NCBI GenBank assembly: GCA_963755025.1
Contig: CAVWIH010000039.1
Coordinates: forward strand, 1-61,285
Length of the DNA stretch: 61,285 nucleotides
Direction of reading: 5' to 3'
Source of the DNA: an uncultured Actinomycetes bacterium
Lineage (GTDB): Bacteria; Actinomycetota; Thermoleophilia; UBA2241
Shown here: one piece after another, positions 17,417-31,195 of the stretch
Numbering within the stretch: the first letter of the stretch is position 1
Layout of the letters: each line of letters begins with the position of its first letter
Translations under genes and position numbers: made by a program
The notes under the pieces: model-generated
Seen by the model: the letters and a program-made list of their open reading frames with translations, nothing else
Database searches by the model: none
What the model was told of the DNA's origin: nothing

Positions 17417-20400
17417 ATGAGCGCCGTCACGCACAGGGATTCTATGCGGAAGCCGACAGTGCGTCGCACCTCGGGTGGGCGTTGCGCTTCTCGCGCGCGG
17501 CGCGCGTCTGTCCTTGGCGTGTTGCTCGCGGTCTGCGCGCTGGTCTGTCTGTTCGGCTTCGCCGCCCCGGCCCGTGCCGCGACCCCCGGCAAGCCCGTCG
17601 CCAAAGCGCCCAAGGGCACCCTCATCGCGACCAGGCCCACGTTCACGTGGGGCCGGGTCGGCGGCGCCACCCGGTACGAGGTACGCGTGTACAAGGGCGG
17701 CAAGCTGCTGGTCAAGAAGACCGGCATCAAGACGCTGTCGTGGAAGTGCACCAAGACCTTGCCGCTGAACGTGAGCCTCACCTGGACGGTGCGCGCCGCC
17801 AACGCCCACGCCACGGGCGCCTGGAGCAAGGCCCTCGCCTTCAAGGTCGTCAGTCCCTACGCGCCGCAGGGCGCGATCGCCACGCTCACGCCTACCTGCA
17901 AGTGGATCAAGGTCAAGGGCGCCACGCGCTACGAGGTGCGCGTCTACCAGGGCGCCAGGCAACTGCTCAGGAAGACCGGTCTCAAGACACTGTCGTGGAA
18001 GGTCAGCAGGGCGCTGCCCGTGCACGTGAGCCTCACCTGGAGAGTGCGCGGCAGCAAGGGCGCCCACCGGTACGCCTGGAAGACCTTCAAGTTCACGGTC
18101 GTGCCACCCGCCACGCAGATCGCCGCGAACGCCGGCGACGCCCAGACGGCGATCGCCGGAGCGGTCGTCGCGATCGCCCCCAGCGTCATCGTCAAGGACG
18201 CGTACAACTACCCGGTGAGCGGCGTGACCGTCACCTTCGCCGTCGCGAGCGGCGGCGGCTCCGCCACCGCTCTCACCGCGACCACCAACGCCGCGGGCAT
18301 CGCCACGGTCGGATCGTGGACCCTGGGCGCAAAGGCCGGCGCCGACACGCTGACGGCCACGAGCGCCGCGCTCACCGGTTCGCCGGTCACCTTCACCGCC
18401 ACCGGCGTCGCCGGCCCGGCCGATCCCGCGCAGTCCACCATCGTCGCCTCAAACACCGATATCACCGCCGGTGACGGCACCCAGGTGATCACGGTCACGG
18501 TCAGAGACGCGAACGGCAACCCCGTCACCACCGGGGGCGCCGACGTAGCTATCACCCTCGTCTCGGGCACGGGCTTCGTGGGCCCGGTCACCGACAACGG
18601 CGACGGCACCTACTCGGCGACCGTCACGGCCCCCGACGCCTGCGGCAGCGGCGTGTTCGCCGCCACCGTCGGCGGCGGCCCTGTCGACGGCGGCGGCGCC
18701 GGGCAGGCGCTCATCACCGTCACCTACCTGGCCGGCCCGGCCGACACCATCCAGGCGCACGCCGGCGACAGCCAGAGCGCGGTCGCCGGCACGGCCGTGT
18801 CGACAGACCCGAGCGTGCTCGTCACCGACAAGCACGGCAACCCCGTGAGCGGCGCGAGCGTCGAGTTCGCCGCCACCTCAGGCGGCGGCTCGTGCGACAG
18901 CACGTCGGCCACTACCGATGCCTCCGGGATCGCCAGCGTCAGATGGACGCTGGGCGCGACCGCCGGCCTCAACGTCATGACGGCGACCTGCGCCGGGCTG
19001 GCTGCTCCCACGGTCAGCTTTCACGCCACCGGCACCGCCGGGGCGGCTGCGCAGATCGTCCTGAACGGGGGCGACGCGCAGGCAGCCACCGTGGCAACGC
19101 CGGTCGCGACCGCACCCAGCGTGCTCGTCACCGACGCCAACGGCAACCCCGTGAGCGGCGCGCCCGTGACCTTCACCGTGAGCGGCGGCGGTGGCTCCTG
19201 CAGCGACGCCACAGTGACGACCGACACGCTCGGCATCGCCGCGGTCGGCTGGACGCTGGGCACCGCGGCCGGCCAGAACACGCTGACGGCCACGAGCGCC
19301 GGCCTCACCGGATCGCCGGTCGCCTTCACCGCCACCGGCACGGCCGGCGCGATGGCCAAGTTCGCCCTCAGCCTTGCTCCCGCCCAGACCTGCGGGCAGG
19401 CGTTCGGCGGAACGGACACGCTGACGGCGCAAGACAGCTACGGCAACACCGTGACCGACTACTCGGCACTCGCCGACAACGTCACGCTCAGTGTCGCTCC
19501 CGCCGACGGCGCCGTCGGCGGTCTCGGCGTGGCTCTGGGCGACGTGCTCGACGGCCCGGGCGACTTCGTCAACGGTGTCGCCGACCTGAGCGGCAACCTG
19601 ACCTTCACAGGGCTCACCGGCGACCACACCTTCACGGCCACTGCGCAGAGCGGCGGCTACACGGGCAGCTCCGACAGCGTCACCATCGGCGTCGGTACGG
19701 CCACCCAGGGCGTGCTCACCACGCAGCCGGGGGGCGCCGTCGACGGCGTCGCCCTCACCGGCGCGCCGGTCGTTCAGCTGCGCGACGCGGGCGGCAACGA
19801 CGTCGCGGCAAGCGGCGTCGCCGTGACGGCCTCGATCGCCACGGGGAACGGCACGCTCAGCGGCACGACCAATGTGGCGACCGACGCGAACGGCGCCGCG
19901 ACCTTCTCCGACCTCGTCGTGTCGGGCGTCGCCGGCAGCTACACGCTAGCCTTTGCGCCCGCGTCGCTGACGGGCGCCACCTCAAGTTCGTTCATGCTCG
20001 GCGCCGGAGCCGCCAGCAAGCTGGCGATCGCCACGCAGCCGCTGGGCGGGCCCAGCGGCGCCTTGCTCGCCACGCAGCCGGTCGTCAAGGTCGAAGACGC
20101 AAACGGCAACCTCGTGGCCACCAGCACCGCCACCATCAGGGTGACCTCCTCGACCGGCAGCACGATCGGCGGCGCCGAGGCCGCGGGCCTTGCCGCCTCG
20201 AGCGGCGTGGCCACCTTCAGCGACCTCACCTTGGCCGGCACCGCCGGCACCGCATACACCCTCACCTTTGCCTCGACCGGGCTCACCCCGGTCACGTCGG
20301 CCAACCTCGCGGTCACCGCGGGCGCCCCCGACGCCGCACACTCGACGTTGACACCCGCGAGCGCCAGCATCACCGCCAACGGCACCAGCACGCAACTGCT

Positions 20401-23400
20401 CACCGTGACGGCCAAAGACGCCAGCGGCAACGCGCTCGCGACCGGCGGGGCCACGGTGACGATCCAGCAGATCTCGGGCACCGGCACCGTCGGCGCCGTG
20501 ACCGACCACGGCAACGGCACCTACACCGCCACCGTGACCTCTCCCACCCTGACCGGCAGCGGCGTGTTCGTCGCCACCTTGGGCGGCAACCCGGTCAAGA
20601 GCGGCACCGGCAGCCAGACCCAGGCCACGGTCACCTACGTTGCCGGGCCGGCCAATAAGCTGGCCATCGTCACCCAGCCGGTGGGCGCCGCCAGCGGCGC
20701 CGTGCTGGCGACCCAGCCCGTGGTCCAGGTGCAGGACAGCAACGGCAACCTCGTGACGGGCAGCACCGCGACGATCGTGGTATCGGCGTCGGCCGGCAGC
20801 ACGATCGGCGGCAGCCAGGCGACCGGCCTCAACGCAAGCGGCGGGGTGGCCACCTTCACGAACCTCACGCTGTCCGGCATCGCCGGTCCCGACTACACCC
20901 TGACCTTCACCGCGACCGGCCTCATCTCGGCCACCTCGAACACCACGACGGTGGTCCCCGGGGCCGCCACCAAGCTGGTCGTCACCACTCAGCCTACTGG
21001 CGGCCCCAGCGGCGGTCTGCTCAGCCTGCAGCCGGTCGTCAAGGTCGAAGACTCGGGTGGCAACGTGGTCACCGGCAGCAGCGCCACCATCACGGTGACC
21101 TCATCGGCCGGCAGCACGATCGGCGGCGCCGAGGCCGCGGGCCTTGCCGCCTCGAGCGGTGTCGCCACCTTCAGCAACCTCACCCTGGCCGGCACCGCCG
21201 GCACAGGCTACACGCTGACCTTCGCCTCGACCGGCCTTACTTCGGCGACCTCGGCCAGCCTCACGGTCTCGGTCGGCGCAGTCGACGCCACGCAGACGAG
21301 CCTGACGCCCGCGAGCGCCAGCATCACCGCCAACGGCACCAGCACGCAGGTGCTCACCGTGACGGCCAAAGACGCCAGCGGCAACGCGCTTGCGACCGGC
21401 GGCGCCACGGTCACTATCCAGAAGAGCTCGGGCACCGGCACGATCGGCCCGGTGACCGACGTCGGCAACGGCACCTACACCGCCACCGTGACCTCTCCCA
21501 CCCTGACCGGCAGCGGCGTGTTCGTCGCCACCCTCGGTGGCAACCCGGTCAAGAGCGGCACCGGCAGCCAGACCCAGGCCACGGTCACCTACAAGGCCGG
21601 CACGGCGACCCAGCTGGCCGTCGCCACCGCGCCGGCGGGCGGGGCAAGCGGCGGGCTGCTCGCCACGCAGCCGGTGATCAAGGTCGAAGACCTCTACGGC
21701 AACCTGGTGACCACCAGCACCGCCAGCATCACCGTGACCTCATCTGCCGGCAGCACGATCGGCGGCACGCAGGCCGGCGGCCTTGCCGCAAGCGGTGGCG
21801 TGGCCACCTTCACGAACCTCACCCTGGCGGGCACCGCCGGCACCGGCTACACGCTGACCTACGCCTCGACCGGCCTCACCTCGGCGACCTCGACCGGCGT
21901 CAGCGTCACGGTCGGCGCCGCCAACAAGCTGGCCGTCACCACCGCGCCGGTAGGCGGGCCCAGCGGCGGCCTGCTGGCCACCCAGCCGGTCGTCAAGGTC
22001 GAAGACTCGGCCGGCAACGTCGTCACCACGAGCACCGCCAGCATCACGGTGACCTCCTCGAGCGGCAGCACGATCGGCGGCACGCAGGCCGCAGGGCTGA
22101 ACGCCGCAAGCGGCGTGGCCACCTTCAGCAACCTCACCCTGGCCGGCACCGCCGGCACGGGCTACACACTGACCTACGCCTCGACCGGTCTTGCGTCGAC
22201 GACCTCGACCGGCGTCAGCGTCACGGCGGGCACCGCCACCAAACTGTACGTCGCCACCCCGCCGGTGGGCGGGCCGAGTGGCGCCCTGCTCGGCACGCAG
22301 CCGGTGGTCCAGGTCGAGGACGCACAAGGCAACCTGGTGACCACCAGCACCGCCAGCATCACGGTGACCTCATCTGCCGGCAGCACCATCGGCGGCACGC
22401 AGGCCGCCGGCCTCAACGCGACCGGCGGTGTGGCCACCTTCACGAACCTCACCCTGGCGGGCACCGCCGGCACCGGCTACACGCTGACCTACGCCTCGAC
22501 CGGCCTTGCGTCGGCGACCTCGACCGGCGTCAGCGTCACGGTCGGCGCCGCCAACAAGCTGGCCGTCACCACCGCGCCGGTGGGAGGGCCGAGTGGGGCT
22601 CTGCTCGCCACGCAGCCGGTGATCAAGGTCGAAGACGCGCAGGGCAACGTGGTCACCGGCAGTAGCGCGACCGTCACGGTGACCTCCTCGAGCGGCAGCA
22701 CGATCGGCGGCACGCAGGCCGCAGGGCTGAACGCCGCAAGCGGCGTGGCCACCTTCACGAACCTCACCCTGGCGGGCACCGCCGGTACGGGCTACACACT
22801 GACCTACGCCTCGAGCGGCCTCACTTCGGCGACCTCGACAGGCGTCAGCGTCACGCCGGGCACGGCGACCCAGCTAGCCGTCACCACCGCGCCGGTGGGC
22901 GGGGCCAGTGGGGCTCTGCTCGCCACGCAGCCGGTGATCAAGGTCGAAGACGCGCAGGGCAACGTGGTCACCGGCAGTAGCGCGACGATCACGGTGACCT
23001 CCTCGACGGGCAGCACCATCGGCGGCACGCAGGCCGCGGGCTTGAAGCGCGACCGGCGGTGTGGCCACCTTCACGAACCTCACCCTGGCGGGCACCGCGG
23101 GTACCGGCTACACGCTCACCTACGCCTCGACCGGCCTCACCTCGGCGACCTCGACCGGCGTCACGGTCTCGGTCGGCGCCGCCAACAAGCTGGCCGTCAC
23201 CACCGCGCCGGTAGGCGGGCCCAGCGGCGGCCAGCTGGCCACCCAGCCGGTCGTCAAGGTCGAAGACTCGGCCGGCAACGTCGTCACCACGAGCACCGCC
23301 AGCATCACGGTGACCTCCTCGAGCGGCAGCACGATCGGCGGCACACAGGCCGCAGGACTGAACGCCGCAAGCGGCGTGGCCACCTTCACGAACCTCACCC

Positions 23401-24587
23401 TGGCCGGCACCGCCGGCACGGGCTACACACTGACCTACGCCTCGACCGGCCTCACCTCGGCGACCTCGACCGGCGTCACGGTCACGGTCGGCGCCGCCAC
23501 CAAGGCCGTGATCACCACACAGCCCGGGGGCGCGGTCGACGGCGTCGCACTGACCATCGCCCCCGTGGTGCAGTTGCGCGACTCGGGCGACAACAACGTC
23601 GCTTCGTCGAACGTCACCGTGGTAGCCAGCCTCACGGGCGCGGGCTCGCTCAGCGGGAACACTTCCGCGCTGACCAACGCCAGCGGCGTCGCGACCTTCT
23701 CGAACCTCGTCGTCACCGGCGCCGTGGGTTCCTACACGCTGACCTTCACGCCGACCGCGCTGACTGCGGCCACCTCAAACGCCTTCACGCTGACGGTGGG
23801 TGCCGCCACACAGATCGCGGTCAAGGCCGGCAACGGCCAGGCGGCAGCCCCGGGCACAGCCGTCACGACGCCGCCGAGCGTCGTGGTGACCGACCCCGGC
23901 GGCAACCCCGTGGCCGGTGTGAGCGTCACTTTCGCCGTGACCGGCGGCGGTGGCTCCGTCACCGTCCCCACGACCACCACCAGCGCCACCGGCATCGCCG
24001 CCGTCGGCAGCTGGACGATGGGTGCGGCCGCCGGCGCCAACACCCTGAGCGCCACGAGTACCGGCCTGAGCGGCTCCCCGGTCTCCTTCACGGCGACCAG
24101 CATCGTGGTCGGCACGCCGTACGGCGGCGGCGTCGTGGGCTACATCTTCAAGTCCGGCGATCCCGGCTATGTCGCCGGACAGACTCACGGGCTGATCGCC
24201 GCGACCGCCGACCAGAGCAGCGGCATCGTCTGGGCGCTGTCCGGCAACCAGTCCACGTCGGTCGGCGCCACGAGCAGCGCCCTCGGCACCGGGGCCGCCA
24301 ACACGGCGACGATCATCGCCCAGAACGGTGCGGGCACCGCGTACGCCGCAGGCCTGGCCGCGGCTTACAACGGCGGGGGCTTCAGCGACTGGTACCTGCC
24401 CAGCCTGACCGAACTGGCCGACCTCTGGACCAACCGCGCCCTGATCGGCGGGTTCGTCGGGACCTCGTACTGGAGCTCGACCGAAGGCGACGCCCGCGAC
24501 GCGTGGATGGAGACCTTCGCCGACGGCAGCCAGCAGGACTTCTTCAAGAACTACAGCGACAGCGTCAGGCCGGTGCGCACCTTCTAG
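17417..24587 (+). CDS. Giant secreted Ig-like/invasin-repeat adhesin with C-terminal DUF1566 (C-type lectin-like) domain; +1 frameshift at ~23047
   Basis: Signal peptide ending APARA; two basic N-terminal repeats; about 20 Thr/Ala/Gly beta-sandwich repeats (V.DANGNPV); C-terminal DWYLPS..EL..YWSSTE..AW..F..G..VRPVRTF. Removing G23047 gives 2389 aa. Confidence 0.85.
21599..23489 (+). repeat. Six tandem 315-bp coding repeats in the adhesin
   Basis: Unit starts at 21599, 21914, 22229, 22544, 22859, 23175 (one unit is 316 bp); near-identical DNA. Confidence 0.9.
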
Positions 24588-24599
24588 CGTATGGCAGAG

Positions 24600-24631
24600 C
24601 CCGCCGCGGCCGGTGTGCCGGCCGCGGCGGG
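24600..24631. other. Perfect 14-bp GC hairpin just after the adhesin stop
   Basis: CCCGCCGCGGCCGG-tgtg-CCGGCCGCGGCGGG; no U tract on either side. Confidence 0.8.
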
Positions 24632-24692
24632 GGAGAGGTCGATCGGGCAAGCGCACGCCGCTCTGCGCCGAGGGGACTGGCTCGCCCGTCCC

Positions 24693-26759
<2,067 letters not shown>

Positions 26760-26828
26760 CGCACTCTCCTTGGTCCGTGGCGCCTTCTCGCGCTCGCGCG
26801 ACGGTCTCCCCCACGCTCCGCGCCGCAC

Positions 26829-26855
26829 CTACCCGGGCTCTCGACGGGCCGAACC
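26829..26855 (-). promoter_or_regulatory. Possible SigB/SigF-type promoter for katE
   Basis: Minus strand GGTTC-N16-GGGTAG, similar to the GTTT-N~16-GGGTA stress-sigma consensus. Confidence 0.45.
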
Positions 26856-26915
26856 GTTGGCCGCGGGGGCGTAGACGGCCGGCGGTGAGAACGAAGACGT
26901 GCGGCCAGCCGGAGC

Positions 26916-27004
26916 CCGCGTCGCCGGCGTCCGGTGCCACCGCGTCACCCGCGTGCGGCGCGACCGCGTCGGCGGCGTCTGGCGCGACCGCGTCGCCGGT
27001 GTCC
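26916..27004. repeat. Imperfect 24-bp tandem repeat (~3.7 copies)
   Basis: CCGCGTCgccGgcGTccGGcGCgA-like units at 26916, 26940, 26964, 26988. Confidence 0.7.
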
Positions 27005-27122
27005 TGATCACGGTGAGAGGGACGACCGGCAAACGGGTACTCGGAGAGAGATGCACGGCAACGTTCCGTCCGCGGCACGGTGTCCACACGGCGTCGCCGG
27101 CGTAAGCAAAGCGAGGTAGGAC

Positions 27123-27749
27123 ATGAAGATAGGCATCATCGGCGCGGGCCACATCGGTGGCACTCTTGCCCAGAAGCTCGCCGCCGCCGGTCACCACATC
27201 GGGCTTGCCAACTCGCGCGGCCCGCAGTCGCTCGAGCAGCGCAGCGCCGAGCTGGGCGACCGCGTACGTCCCATGACGGTCGACGAAGCCGCGCGTTTCG
27301 GCGACCTCGTCGTCGTCTCGATCCCCTTGGGGCAGTACCAGTCGGTGCCGGCCGAGCCCCTGCGCGGCAAGATCGTGATCGACAGCGACAACTACTACCC
27401 GCAGCGCGACGGGCACATCGCCGAGCTCGACGACGATCGCACGACCTCGAGCGAGCTGTTGCAGCAGCACCTGCCGGGCGCGCGCGTGGTCAAGGCCTTC
27501 AACGCCGTCCGCTGGGACAGCCTCGCCGACGAGGGCAAGCCCCGCGGCGCGGCGGGCCGTCTGGCCATGCCCATGGCCGGCGACGACGCCGAAGCCAAGA
27601 GCGTGGTAGCCGGCCTTATCGACGAGATCGGTTTCGACGCCTACGACGTTGGCGACCTGGCGCAAGGCGGCCGCAAGATGCAGCCCGGCACGGCGATCTA
27701 CACGGCCAACCTGACGGCGCCCGAGATGACCGACCGGCTGGCCGCCTGA
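27123..27749 (+). CDS. NADPH-dependent F420 reductase-like dinucleotide-binding oxidoreductase
   Basis: MKIGIIGAGHIGG Rossmann motif, ANSRGP, NYYPQRDG, VVKAFN, AGDD. Confidence 0.85.
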   Translation: MKIGIIGAGHIGGTLAQKLAAAGHHIGLANSRGPQSLEQRSAELGDRVRPMTVDEAARFGDLVVVSIPLGQYQSVPAEPLRGKIVIDSDNYYPQRDGHIAELDDDRTTSSELLQQHLPGARVVKAFNAVRWDSLADEGKPRGAAGRLAMPMAGDDAEAKSVVAGLIDEIGFDAYDVGDLAQGGRKMQPGTAIYTANLTAPEMTDRLAA

Positions 27750-27824
27750 GCCAGGCTTCGGCCTCGTTGACCGAGCGCCCGGCGCCTACGGCGACGGACG
27801 CTCGAGGCGAACGACTGGAGAGAC

Positions 27825-28109
27825 ATGGAGCGCATGTGTGAGCTTGTCAGCCTCGACGACATCGAGCAGCTTTACGACATAAAGGACGCGCTCGAGAGCC
27901 GCGGCGTCTACGCCGAGGTCCACGGCGCGCAGTCGGGCGGGTGGCGCCGCGCGGGGGTCCGCCAACGGCAGCGGCTCGTCGTGCGCCAGCGCGATCTCGT
28001 GTACGCGCGCTGGGTCGCCGCCGCCGCCGGGATAGACACCTGGCCCGACGACGCAGACGACGCTCGCCGCGAGTCGTCGCAGCCCGACCCGAGCCAGGAG
28101 GCCGCCTGA
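27825..28109 (+). CDS. Small hypothetical protein (DUF2007-like)
   Basis: RBS GGAG; IKDALESRGV..RLVVRQRDL..AR pattern. Confidence 0.5.
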   Translation: MERMCELVSLDDIEQLYDIKDALESRGVYAEVHGAQSGGWRRAGVRQRQRLVVRQRDLVYARWVAAAAGIDTWPDDADDARRESSQPDPSQEAA

Positions 28110-28257
28110 CAGGCGGCCGCACGGCAGTCGGCCGCGGGCGCGCTCGCGCGGCGGTGCGGCGTTGGGCGCCTTGAGGGGCGCGGGGCGGCCTGCGCGCCGC
28201 AGCGCGCCGACTCGCGGCGGCCTGCGGTCGTGGACGCTCGCGCTCGGCGTCACTACG

Positions 28258-29412
28258 ATGAATCGCATGCCCGTCTACCCTCAGCTCGACGCGGGGCCGC
28301 CGCGCCCGCCGCGACGTACGCGCTCCCTGGTCTGGATCGCCGTGTTCGCGCTGAGCCTGGCCGCGGCCGCCGCAGGGCTCTACCTGGCGACGCGGCACGG
28401 TCGTTCGCCGGCGCCGTCGGCTGCGCAGAGCGGCGGCGGCGGCTCCTCTGCGGCGGCCGCGCGGGGGGTCACGCCGGGCGCGTCGGGCGGCGCGCCCGGC
28501 GGCTCGTCGGGCACGCCGAGCGGCGCACCCAGCGGCTCGGGAACGCCCGGCGCCGGTCTGACAGCCTCGCCGGGCGCGCCCGGCGCGGCCAGCGCTTCGC
28601 CCAACGCCGCGCCGTTCGCCGGTCTGCCCGTGGCGTCGCTGCCGCGGCCGCTCGTGCCGCTCCACGCCCGGCCGGCTGACGTCGTGCTTCGCGGCCCCCG
28701 CACCCTGGCGGTGCCCATCCTCATGTACCACGTCGTCGGACCAGTGCCGGCGGGGGAGCCCTACCCCGGGCTGTTCGTGTCGAAGCTCGCCTTTGTCGCC
28801 CAGCTGCGCTACCTGGTCGCTCACGGCTACCAGGCCGTGAGTCTGCAACAGGTCTACGACTTCTGGCATCATCGCGCGCGGCTGCCCCGTCACCCCGTGG
28901 TGCTCTCGTTCGACGACGGCTATCGGCAGGACTTCTCGGTGGTGGCGCCGCTGCTCCACGAGCTGGGCTGGCCCGGCGTGCTCAACCTGATAGTGCGCAA
29001 CACGCGGCCCGGACAGGACATGACGCCGGTCTACGTGCGCGCCCTCATCATCGCCGGCTGGGAGATCGACTCGCACACGGTGGACCACGTCGACCTGACG
29101 ACGCTCTCGGCGGTGCGGCTGCGGTACGAGCTCGTCGTCTCGCGGCGCGACCTGCGCCGCGCGTTCAGGGTGCCCGTGAACTTCTTCTGCTATCCGGCGG
29201 GCTCCTACGACCCGGCGGTCGTGCAGGCGACGCGGGCGGCGGGCTACCTGGCGGCCACGACGACCAACCCCGGCCTGGCCGGTCCGGCGCAGCCGTACCG
29301 GCTGGCGCGCCTGCGGGTGTCCGGCGGCGAGAGCCTGTCAACGTTCGCCGCGACGCTGGCCGACGCGCTGCCTGGGGCTACGCCGGCCGCGGCGCGAGCC
29401 GCGGGCTACTGA
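28258..29412 (+). CDS. Membrane-anchored polysaccharide deacetylase (CE4/NodB, IcaB-like)
   Basis: N-terminal TM, Gly/Ser/Pro linker, VPILMYH, SFDDGY, SHTVDH, FCYPAG. Confidence 0.85.
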   Translation: MNRMPVYPQLDAGPPRPPRRTRSLVWIAVFALSLAAAAAGLYLATRHGRSPAPSAAQSGGGGSSAAAARGVTPGASGGAPGGSSGTPSGAPSGSGTPGAGLTASPGAPGAASASPNAAPFAGLPVASLPRPLVPLHARPADVVLRGPRTLAVPILMYHVVGPVPAGEPYPGLFVSKLAFVAQLRYLVAHGYQAVSLQQVYDFWHHRARLPRHPVVLSFDDGYRQDFSVVAPLLHELGWPGVLNLIVRNTRPGQDMTPVYVRALIIAGWEIDSHTVDHVDLTTLSAVRLRYELVVSRRDLRRAFRVPVNFFCYPAGSYDPAVVQATRAAGYLAATTTNPGLAGPAQPYRLARLRVSGGESLSTFAATLADALPGATPAAARAAGY

Positions 29413-29482
29413 GCTCGCCCGGCGGCGCCGCCGCGGGCAGCGGACGGCGTGCACGCGGTCGCGCCGGGGCACGATTGCGGCC

Positions 29483-30391
29483 ATGAAGCTGAGCGTCGTC
29501 GCCGGCACGACCAAAGAGACCGCCCAGGCCTGGGTGACCGACGGGGCAAACCACTACGCCGCCGCGCTCTCGTTCTACGCGCTGCTGGCGGTGGCGCCAC
29601 TGCTGTTGATCGCCGTCGCCGTCGCGGGGTTGGCCTACGGCCCGGGCGCCGCCCGCGACCATCTTATCGCGCAGGTGCAGGCCAAGGCCGGCGCCCCCGT
29701 GGCCGATGCCACGCGCACCATCCTCGCCAACGCCCACCGGCCGGGCAACGGCGTGGCCGCCTTGCTGATCGGCGGCGCCCTCGCCCTGTACGGCGCCTCA
29801 AACGCCTTCTCGATGATGCGCACGGCGCTGAACGCCATGTGGCACGTGCCGCCCCCGCAGGCCAAGCGCCTGCTCACCAAGCTCCGCATGCTCCTCATCA
29901 TCAAGGCCCTGAACGCCGCGCTGGTGATCGGTTCGGCCTCTGCCTGCTCGCGCTGCTGGGCCTGAGCGCGGCCTGGACCTGGGTCGCCGGCCGCATCGGC
30001 AGCGCCCTGCCCGCCGCCGACCTCAGCTCTGCGCGCCGCCGATTTTGTCGTGACGCTCGGGCTGCTCGTGCTGCTGTTCGCCGCCGTCTTTCGTCTTACC
30101 GCCGACGCGCGGCCCGACTGGGCCGACCTGTGGTCGGGCGCCCTGCTCACGGCCGCGCTGTTCAACGTCGGGCGGCTGGCGATCGGCCTCTATCTGGCGC
30201 GCGGCACCGTGACGTCATCGTTCGGCGGCGCTGGTTCGGTGGTCGCCCTGCTGCTCTTCATGTACTACTCGTCGATGATCCTGTTCTTCGGCGCCGAGTT
30301 CATTCAGGTGCGCCTGACTCATCGGGGACGGCGGTTCCTGCCCCAGGACGTCGTGCCGGCCGGCGAGAAGCCGCCACAAGTGTCCGGCTGA
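29483..30391 (+). CDS. YihY/BrkB family membrane protein (indels at ~29932 and ~30027)
   Basis: AAALSFYALLAVAPLL..ALNAMW..IGLYL..SSFGGAGSVVALLLFMYYSSMILFFGAEF; the middle segment is in another frame. Confidence 0.8.
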
Positions 30392-30493
30392 GCGCGTGGG
30401 TGGTCGCGGGCCCGGTCGAGCCGCTTCGGTCCGGGGACGGCCGGCCCCCGGTCGAGCACGGGCGGCTGCGCCTCCTCACGCGCCATCTGCCAC

Positions 30494-31195
30494 TCAGACG
30501 TCGATCAGGGCGAAGTCGCGGTTCCCTGCACGGCGCAGCACGTACCGCGACACGTTGCGCACCGGCACGCCGCCGGGGGTCGTGCCGGCCGGCGAACCGT
30601 CGTGCGCGTGGCCGTGCACGACGAGGTCGGCGCCGCGCCGGTCGATCGCGTCGCCGTACAGCGAGTAGCCGAGAAAGGGGAAGAGCTCGGGGTTCTCGCC
30701 CAGGAGCGTGCCGGCGATGGGGGCGTAGTGCAGCACGGCCACGCGGCGCCGGCAGCGCGTCCGGGCGAGCGCCGCCTCGAGCCGTTGCGCCTCGTCGATG
30801 CTCGCCTGGATGAAGTCCTTCAGCAGGCTCTCGCCGAAGGGCATGAGTCGTTGGCGGCCGAAGCCCCCGCAAAAGCCCTTGGTACCCACGAAGGCGACGC
30901 CGTCGAACTCCCACAGGTCGCCGTCGAGCACGTGCCAGCCCGCCTCGCGCATCATCGCCACGAGCGTCTCCACCTGGCCGCTCTCGTGGTCGTGGTTGCC
31001 GGTCACCGCGACCTTGGGCATGGGCAGGTGGGCGAGCTCGTCGAGCAGGACCTCCATCTCCTCGACCTGGCCCACGTTGGTCAGGTCGCCGCCCAGCGCC
31101 AGGACGTCGGCCGACTCGGCGCCGGCCAGCATGCGCCGGATCTTGCCGGACGAGCGCGTCGTGCAGTGCAGGTCGGCGATCGCCGCGAGCTTCAT
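30494..31195 (-). CDS. Calcineurin-like metallophosphoesterase
   Basis: ADLH, GGDL, GNHD, LHY, HGHAH. Confidence 0.9.
   Translation of the reverse strand: MKLAAIADLHCTTRSSGKIRRMLAGAESADVLALGGDLTNVGQVEEMEVLLDELAHLPMPKVAVTGNHDHESGQVETLVAMMREAGWHVLDGDLWEFDGVAFVGTKGFCGGFGRQRLMPFGESLLKDFIQASIDEAQRLEAALARTRCRRRVAVLHYAPIAGTLLGENPELFPFLGYSLYGDAIDRRGADLVVHGHAHDGSPAGTTPGGVPVRNVSRYVLRRAGNRDFALIDV

Noticed and set aside
17417-24631. Complete DGR cassette in this window
   Set aside because: No reverse transcriptase, accessory gene or adenine-variant template repeat found
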